From NCBI RefSeq assembly GCF_006345805.1, contig NC_043025.1, positions 7,812,001-7,876,000 of the forward strand: 64,000 nucleotides of DNA, read 5' to 3'. This document shows, one piece after another, positions 1 through 64,000 of the stretch. The translations under genes and the position numbers were made by a program. Each line of letters begins with the position of its first letter. The first letter of the stretch is position 1. Below the pieces are notes generated by a model. The model ran no database searches and was not told where the DNA came from. It saw only the letters and a program-made list of their open reading frames with translations. Source of the DNA: Octopus sinensis. Lineage: Eukaryota.

Positions 1-2590
1 TGCTGGGGCACCACCTGAAGGTTTTTAGTTGAACAAATCAAGCCCAGAATATCTTTCATCTTTTAATTGTTCGAGTCTTTAGACTGTGGCCATGCTGGGG
101 CACCACCATGAAGGTTTTAGTTGAACAAATCAAGCCCAGAATATCTTTCATCTTTTAATTGTTCGAGTCTTTAGACTGTGGCCATGCTGGGGCACACCTT
201 GAAGGTTTTTAGTTGAACAAATCAAGCCCAGAATATCTTTCATTTTTTATGTTCGAGTCTTTAGACTGTGGCCATGCTGGGGCACCACCTTGAAGGTTTT
301 TAGTTGAACAAATCAGCCCAGAATATCTTTCATCTTTTAATTGTTCGAGTCTTTAGACTGTGGCCATGCTGGGGCACCACCTTGAAGGTTTTTAGTTGTT
401 GACACAAATCAAGCCCGAATATCTTTCATCTTTTAATTGTTCGAGTCTTTAGACTGTGGCCATGCTGGGGCACCACCTTGAAGGTTTTTAGTTGAACAAA
501 TCAAGCCCAGAATATCTTTTCTCTTTTAATTGTTCGAGTCTTTAGACTGTGGCCATGCTGGGGCACCACCTTGAAGGTTTTTAGTTGAACAAATCAAGCC
601 CAGAAATCTTTCATCTTTTAATTGTTCGAGTCTTTAGACTGTGGCCATGCTGGGGCACCACCTTGAAGGTTTTTAGTTGAACAAATCAAGCCCAGAATAT
701 CTTTCATCTTTTAATTGTTCGAGTCTTTGACTGTGGCCATGCGGGGCACCACCTTGAAGGTTTTTAGTTGAACAAATCAAGCCCAGAATATCTTTCATCT
801 TTTAATGTTCGAGTCTTTAGACTGTGGCCATGCTGGGGCACCACCTTGAAGGTTTTTAGTTGAACAAATCAGCCCAGAATATTTCATCTTTTAATTGTTC
901 GAGTCTTTAGAATGTGGCCATGCTGGGGCACCACCTTGAAGGTTTTTAGTTGAACAAATCAAGCCCAGAATATCTTCATCTTTTAATTGTTCGAGTCTTT
1001 AGACTGTGGCCATGCTGGGGCACCACCTTGAAGGTTTTTAGTTGAACAAATCAAGCCCAGAATATCTTTCATCTTTTAATTGTTCGAGTCTTTAGACTGT
1101 GGCCATGCTGGGGCACCACCTTGAAGGTTTTTAGTTGAACAAATCAAGCCCAGAAATCTTTCATCTTTTAATTGTTCGAGTCTTTAGACTGTGGCCATGC
1201 TGGGGCACCCCTTGAAGGTTTTTAGTTGAACAAATCAAGCCCAGAATATTCTTCATCTTTCATCTTTTAATTGTTCGAGTCTTTAGACTGTGGCCATGCT
1301 GGGGCACCACCTTGAAGGTTTTTAGTTGAACAAATCAAGCCCAGAATATCTTTCATCTTTTAATTGTTCGAGTCTTTAGACTGTGGCCATGCTGGGGCAC
1401 CACTTGAAGGTTTTTAGTTGAACAAATCAACAGCCCAGAATATCTTTCATCTTTTAATTGTTCGAGTCTTTAGACTGTGGCCATGCTGGGGCACCACCTT
1501 GAAGGTTTTAGTTGAACAAATCAAGCCCAGAATATCTTTCATCTTTTACTTGTTCGAGTCTTTAGACTGTGGCCATGCTGGGGCTGGGCACCACCTTGAA
1601 GGTTTTAGTTGAACAAATCAAGCCCAGAATATCTTTCATCTTTTAATTGTTCGAGTCTTTAGACTGTGGCCATGCTGGGGCACCACATTGAAGGTTTTTA
1701 GTTGAACAAATCAACCCCAGTATATCTTTCATTTACTTGTTCAGTCTTTAGACTGTGGCCATGCTGGGGCACCACATTGAAGGTTTTTAGTTGAACAAAT
1801 CAACCCCAGTATATCACTCATCTTTTACTTGTTTCAGTCTTTAGACTGTGGCCATGCTGGGGCACCACATTGAAGGTTTTTAGTTGAACAAATCAACCCC
1901 AGAATATCTTTCATCTTTTACTTGTTTTGGTCATTAGACTGTGGCCATGCTGGGGCACCACCTTGAAGGTTTTTATTTGAACAAATCTATCCCAGAATAT
2001 CTTTCATCTTTTACTTGTTCGATTCTTTAGACTGTGGCCATGCTGGGGCACCACCTTGAAGGTTTTTAGTTGAACAAATCAACCCCAGAATTTTTCATCT
2101 TTTACTTGTTTCAGTCGTTGGGCTGTGGCCATGCTGGGGCACCACCTTGAAGGATTTTAGTTGAACAAATCTATCCCAGTATATCTTTCATCTTTTACTT
2201 GTTTCAGTCATTGGACTACGGCCATGCTGGGGCACCACCTTGAAGGTTTTTAGTTGAACAAATCAACCCCAGCATATCTTTTACTTGTTTCAGTCATTGG
2301 ACTGCGGCCATGCTGGGGCACCACCTTGAAGGATTTTAGTTGAACAAATCTATCCCAGTATAACTTTTATCTTTTACTTGTTTCAGTCATTGGACTGCGG
2401 CCATGCTGGGGCACCACCTTGAAGGTTTTTAGTTGAGCAAATCAACCCCAGCATATCTTCATCTTTTACTTGTTCGAGTATTTAGGCTGTGGCCATGCTG
2501 GGACACCACCTTGAAGGTTTTCAGTTGAACAAAGCAACCCCAGAATATCTTTCCTCTTTTACTTGTTCGAGTCTTTAGACTGTGGCCATG
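1..2590. repeat. ~93-bp tandem array (~27 copies) derived from the 3' tail of the CORE-type SINE
   Basis: Unit tgctggggcaccaccttgaaggtttttagttgaacaaatcaagcccagaatatctttcatcttttaattgttcgagtctttagactgtggcca; runs off the window start and merges into a SINE body at ~2590. Confidence 0.92.
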
Positions 2591-2945
2591 CTGGGGCACC
2601 GCCTGGTAGACATTTTAGTCAAATGAATTGGCTGCAGTACTTGTTTCTTGAAGCCTGGTACTTATTCCATCGATCTCTTTGCCAAACTGCTAAGTTACTG
2701 GTACATAAAAACACCAACACCCATTGTCAAGTAGTGGTGATGGTGGGGGAGACAAACACAAGCAAACGCACACACACACATACACATATATTTGTATTCA
2801 GTTTCCATTTACCAAATCTACTGACAAAGCTGTGGTAGGATGGAGGCGACAGTAGAAGACACTTGCCCAAGGTGCCATGGAGTAGGACTGAACCTGGAAT
2901 GATGTGGTTGGAAAGCAAGCGTGTTACCACACAGCCACACCTACC
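2590..2945 (-). mobile_element. Diverged tRNA/CORE-type SINE
   Basis: Tail, (CA)n spacer, CORE (gaagacacttgcccaaggtgcc) and head (ttaccacacagccac) read on the minus strand; approximate bounds. Confidence 0.75.
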
Positions 2946-3003
2946 TATGTGAGTGTGTGCATGTGTGTGCTTGTGTATGTGTGTATGCGTATATTTATAT
3001 CTG

Positions 3004-3046
<43 letters not shown>

Positions 3047-3426
3047 ATATATACATATATATATATCTGTATCTCTCTCTCTCATATATATATATATATC
3101 TTGTCTGCTAAGCTGACCACTAGTCTCGCCCTACCTCACACGCCTACACACAGACGCACACACTAACACACACATATATATTTTTGTGTTTTTTCATCTC
3201 GCCTCACACACACACATACACACACGCACACACTCACACATACACACACATCTGTTGCGTTACCAACCTTATCTCCACTCTTTTGCCTTTAAAAACCCAC
3301 TTTGCTCTGTTTTCGTAAACATCCGCCTTTCACCATGTGCAACTCGTAAACACCAGTCGTCTTTTTTCTCTTTCCCTGTTGCCCGCTCTGGGATCTTTCT
3401 TTCCTCTCTCTTCCTTCTTTATGTTT

Positions 3427-3453
3427 CCGACGAAGAGCTCCGCTCGAAACGTC
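3427..3453 (+). ncRNA. Minimal hammerhead-like motif (CCGACGA-A-GAGC tcc GCTC-GAAA-CGUC) in a Penelope-type terminal repeat fragment
   Basis: Core, 4-bp stem II, palindromic ACGU stem III and GUC triplet present; stem I pairing poor; U4C core variant. Confidence 0.4.
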
Positions 3454-3543
3454 ATACCTCCCTGCTTCCATTTCCTGAGCGCCTATTAATAATAATACTG
3501 TAATTGTTCCATTGTTGTTGTTTTTTTGTTTCCCGTTTGGATT

Positions 3544-3589
<46 letters not shown>

Positions 3590-3758
3590 TTTCTTTATCT
3601 AGTTTCAGCTCATGAGCTGTGGCCATGCTGGGGCACTGCCATTGTATGTATGTATGTATGTATACACACACACACACAAATTTAAAATTTAGAAATGAAC
3701 AGCTCAAATTTTATACGGTGCACACTTATAGCACTTGTCAAACTAGTATTGTACTAGT

Positions 3759-3789
<31 letters not shown>

Positions 3790-4653
3790 ATATATATATA
3801 TGTATCCATCCATCCACCCTTATATCCACCAAGACCAATATACAAAGTATATTAAATATATGGAATACAAAAAAAAAATGTATGTATGTTTACGTACAAA
3901 AAGGTTTGACTTATACAGAATAGAAATGATATCAAGAATTGAATGTGTGTGTGTGTATACTTTGCCTTTCATCCTTTCGGGGTCGATAAATAAAGTACCA
4001 GTTACGCACTGGGGTCGATGTAATTGACTTAATCCCTTTGTCTGTCCTTGTTTGTCCCCTCTACGTTTAGCCCCTTGTGGGCAGTAAAGAAATATATATC
4101 TCTCTCTCTCTCTCTCTCTTTCGGAGAGGCACTGAGCAGCTATACGCACACATACACACACGGCAGTAACTTCCACCTACCGAATTCAATCACAAAGCTC
4201 CGGTCGGCTCGGGGCTATAGTGGAAGACACCTACCCAAAGTGCCACGCAGTGGGACTGAACCCGAAACCATATAGCTAGGAAGCAAGCTCCCTAACCACA
4301 CAGCCATGCCCATGGTGACCCCCTTCGGTCAGACACTGACCATGGGTTTGCACCTAGAAAGTTACCCTCTGAGGCACAAATCTGGGCAAGGTTGTTTTTT
4401 TTTTATGGAAGACCAGCAGTCGCCCATGCACACTGGCCTCCCCTCTCCACGTCACCGATGTTGTCCAAGGGAAAGGCAAAGGGGCCGATACAGCTTGGCA
4501 CCTGTGATGTCGCAACTCATTTCTACAGCTGAGTGAACTGAGTGAATATATATAATATGTATATATTATGTATATACATGTGTGTGTGTGTGTGTGTGTG
4601 GTGTGGCTTGTGTGTGTATATATATTATGTATATACATGTGTGTGTGTGCTTG

Positions 4654-4950
<297 letters not shown>

Positions 4951-5374
4951 TTTATATAAAGTTACAATATTTGGATTCAACAAATCTGGTGATACTCAAA
5001 AAAAGCTTGTTAATGTATCATCTTCCAAAACATATTATACACCCACACATATTTACGTGATACATATTCTTAATAGTTACTCATATAGCCAAACACTTGT
5101 CATTGTGTTTACTTGAAAGTCTGACTATTCCAATTGTGAAACTATATATTCGGATGAGGAAATGATCTCAACTCATAATTGTGATATTTGATAGGTAGGT
5201 GCAGGAGTGGTTGTGAGATAAGAAGCTTGCTTCGTAACCGCACGGTTCCGGGTTCAGTCCCACTGCATGGCACCTTGGGCAAGTGTCTTCTACTATAGCC
5301 TCAGGCTGACCAAAGCCTTGTAAGCGGATTTGGTAGATGGAAACTGAAAGAAGTTCTTTGTGTGTGTGTGTATG

Positions 5375-5412
<38 letters not shown>

Positions 5413-5420
5413 TACATTTA

Positions 5421-5568
5421 AAGGGCTAAAAAACCACTAGGTGGTCAGCCGTATGCTAGAAGTAGATCGCCTACGATCAAACTACAAAGGTACCAACTGC
5501 ATTGTAGTTTGATCGTAGGTGATCTACTTCTAGCATACGGCTAACCACCTAGTGGTTTTTTAGCCCTT
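5421..5568. repeat. Near-perfect palindrome / fold-back (67-bp arms, 14-nt loop)
   Basis: 5421-5487 is the reverse complement of 5502-5568 with 2 differences. Confidence 0.9.
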
Positions 5569-5699
5569 AAATATACACATTGTATTAGAATTTTCTCTGA
5601 TTTTTCAGATTTTTGTATGCTAGGCTACTGTTTAAATTGATTTAATTAAATTAATATTCAATTTATCTCCCTCATTATTTAAAAGTTTATTATTATATA

Positions 5700-5730
<31 letters not shown>

Positions 5731-5731
<1 letters not shown>

Positions 5732-6130
5732 CTCTTTTTACTCTTTTACTTGTTTCAGTCATTTGACTGCGGCCATGCTGGAGCACCGCCTTTGATCGAG
5801 CAATTCGATCCCGGGACTTATTCTTTTGTAAGCCCAGTACTTATTCCATCGGTCTCTTTTGCCGAACCGCTAAGTAACGGGGACATAAACACACCAGCAT
5901 CGGTTGTCAAGCAATGCTAGGGGTACAAACACAGACACACATACACTCATATATATATATACATATATACGACGGGCTTCTTTCAGTTTCCGTCTACCAA
6001 ATCCACTCACAGGGCTTTGGTCGGCCCGAGGCTATAGTAGAAGACACTTGCCCAAGGTGCCACGCAGTGGAACTGAACCCGGAACCATGTGGTTGGTAAA
6101 CAAGCTACTTACCACACAGCCACTCCTGCG

Positions 6131-6133
<3 letters not shown>
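5731..6133 (-). mobile_element. Full-length tRNA-derived CORE-type SINE (octopus OR-like), ~400 bp
   Basis: Minus strand: head ggcgcaggagtggctgtgtggtaag...ggttcagt (A/B boxes), CORE-like gtggcaccttgggcaagtgtctt, internal (TA)/(TG) microsatellite, tail ending gactgaaacaagtaaaagag repeats. 3' halves also at 6525-6745, 8115-8330, 8395-8600, 8883-9085, 9175-9340. Confidence 0.85.
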
Positions 6134-6165
<32 letters not shown>

Positions 6166-6739
6166 ATGATGATATAAAATTCGATTAGAGGTTATGTTAA
6201 CTTCATGAAGGGATGGTTTCAACCAAGGAAAAACTTGTTCAATGCCTAGTATTTTTAGGGAATTAATTTCCTTAAAATAATAGGTACATATATAAAAGCA
6301 TATAGTTTATATTCACATAAAAGAAGAAAATGAAAATGGAGATTGTGGAGTTACTAACTGTTTATTATTAATAGCAAATTAATCATCTTCCCTTACAGCT
6401 GTTTCAATCAATACTCAGCAAATATTTAGTAGACATTAAATTTATATTCATATCACCTAAGCATAATATATTCAGAGGGAAAAAAATATACCCTTGGATG
6501 TTTTATATACTCTTACTCTCTCTCTCTTTTACTTGTTTCAGTCATTTGACTGCGGCCATGCTGGAGCACCGCCTTTAGTCAAGCAAATCGACCCCAGGAC
6601 TTATTCTTTTGTAAGCCCAGTACTTATTCTATCGGTCTCTTTTGCCGAACTGCTAAGTGACGGGGACATAAACACACCAGCATCGGTTGTCAAGCAATGC
6701 TAGGGGGATAAACACAGACACACATATATATATATATAT

Positions 6740-7158
6740 ATACGATGGAATTTGAACTCACAATGTAACAGCAGACGAAATACCTATTTCTTTACTACCC
6801 AGAAGGGGCTAAACACAGAGGAACAAACAAGGACACACAAAGGGATTAAGTTGATTATATCGACCCCAGTGCGTAACTGGTACTTAATTTATCGACCCTG
6901 GAAGGATGAAAGGCAGACGAAATACCTATTTCTTTACTACCCAGAAGGGGCTAAACACAGAGGGACAAACAAGGACACACAAAGGGATTAAGTTGATTAT
7001 ATCGACCCCAGTGCGTAACTGGTACTTAATTTATCGACCCTGGAAGGATGAAAGGCAAAGTCGACCTCGGCGGAATTTGAACTCAGAACGTAACGGCAGA
7101 CAAAATGCAGCTACTCATTTCGCCCGGCGTGCTAACGTTTCTGCCAGCTCGCCGCCTT
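6740..7158 (-). mobile_element. SINE family with Deu/Nin-like central domain, internally duplicated
   Basis: Head aaggcggcgagctggcagaaacgttagc..., domain gactttgcctttcatccttccagggtcgataaattaagtaccag; ~150-bp internal duplication. Confidence 0.8.
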
Positions 7159-7444
7159 GAGGGCAAGAGATAGAGATGATCTCAGTTATATAGGGCATGG
7201 CTAGGAAGTAGGTCAAACCTAAAACAATTGACTGACCTGATCAGCAAGGGTCTCTGGAGGTGAGGTGTGGTGTGGGGCCATCACCAGTGTTCTTTATGCA
7301 GCACCAGTTATTATTTTAAAGGGCACCGGCACCAATGCCTTTAACGATGATTATGATGATGATACTACTTTCACCGGCTTCTCCCATCTGCCACACACAA
7401 CATGTGTAGGCAGTGATCTTCGCTGATTAATATTTCAATCAATA

Positions 7445-7862
7445 AAGGCGGCGAGCTGGCAGAAACGTTAGCACGCCGGGCGACCTGCGTAGCCGTATTT
7501 CGTCTGTCGTTACGTTCCGAGTTCAATTTCCGCCGAGGTCGACTTTGCCTTTCATCCTTTCGGGGTCGATAAATTAAGTACCAGTTACGCACTGGGGTCG
7601 ATGTAATCGGCTTAATCTCTTTGTCTGTCCTTGTTTGTCCCCTCCATGTTTAGCCCCTTGTGGGTTGTAAAGAAATAGGTATTTCGTCAGTCGCTACGTT
7701 CTGAGTTCAAATTCCGCCGAGGTCGACTTTGCCTTTCATCCTTTCGGGGTCGATAAATTAAGTACCAGTTACGCACTGGGGTCGATGTAATCGGCTTAAT
7801 CCCTTTGTCTGTCCTTGTTTGTCCCCCTCTGTGTTTAGCCCCTTGTGGGTAGTAAAAGAAAT
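7445..7862 (+). mobile_element. Deu/Nin-domain SINE, internally duplicated, ~110 bp upstream of the 51-bp exon
   Basis: Same family as 6740-7158 in the opposite orientation. Confidence 0.8.
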
Positions 7863-7971
7863 AAATATTTCAATCAATATATTTAAAATGCTATTTTTGT
7901 CTCCTTCTGTTGCCATGTTTAAACAAATAATCCCATTTCCTAATATTCCACCATCTTACCTTTCATCGTAG

Positions 7972-63162
<55,191 letters not shown>

Positions 63163-63249
63163 GTAAGTGATTTCCATTTGGTTTAATTACTACCTGTCTC
63201 TACCTGCTCGTTAGTTCTCTATTTCGTTTTTACTGATTTTGTTTGCTAA

Positions 63250-63608
63250 TATATATACATACATACTTGCATGCATATGTACATGCATACATGCATGCAT
63301 GCATGCATACATGCATGCATGCATACATACCTGTATGCATACACACATACATGCATGCATACATATATACACATACATGCATGCATACATACATATATAC
63401 ATACATAAATACATACATACATGCATATATACATACATAAATACATACATACATGCATATATACATATACATGCATACACACATACATGCATACATACAT
63501 ACATACATACAAACATACATACATACAAACATACATACATACATACCTACCTACCTACATACATACATACATACATACATACATACATACATACCTACCT
63601 ACCTACCT

Positions 63609-63648
<40 letters not shown>

Positions 63649-64000
63649 ACATACGTCATACATACATCATACATACATCATACATCATACATACATACAT
63701 CATACATACATCATACATCATACATACATACATCATACATACATCATACATACATCATACATCATACATACATACATCATACATACATCATACATCATAC
63801 ATACATACGTCATACATACATCATACATACATCATACATCATACATACATACATCATACATACATACATCATACATACATACATACATCATACATACATA
63901 CATACATATACATACATACATCATACATACATACATACATCATACATACATACATACATCATACATACATACATCATACATACATACATACATCATACAT
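63250..64000. repeat. (CATA)n / (CATACAT)n microsatellite
   Basis: Directly visible. Confidence 0.95.

Overview
Eukaryotic, AT-rich, repeat-saturated DNA. The SINE families, microsatellite load and intron sizes point to an Octopus-type cephalopod genome (inference). The window lies inside one + strand gene, a CMIP (c-Maf-inducing protein) ortholog. The ORF track misses it because it is split into eight short GT-AG exons (7972-8022, 35179-35250, 41032-41124, 44078-44185, 48914-48994, 57866-57969, 60260-60361, 63082-63162; 692 bp, phase-compatible, ~230 aa). The 5' and 3' exons lie outside the window. Almost all listed ORFs are microsatellite or SINE artefacts. The introns hold several tRNA-derived SINE families, CR1/RTE LINE scraps, mariner/maT relics, Helitrons, fold-back elements and at least six tandem arrays seeded from transposon parts. 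Best leads: (1) hammerhead-ribozyme (HHR) motifs in Penelope-like relics, including a canonical-core type I HHR at 54349-54453 and fold-back elements carrying a variant HHR plus its own antisense (56759-56980, 61715-62032); (2) two 8-mer arrays of a TTAA-flanked piggyBac-type MITE joined by the same 16-bp linker, one with its empty target site preserved next to it. All alignments, family assignments and folds were done by eye or from memory; none was computed or searched.
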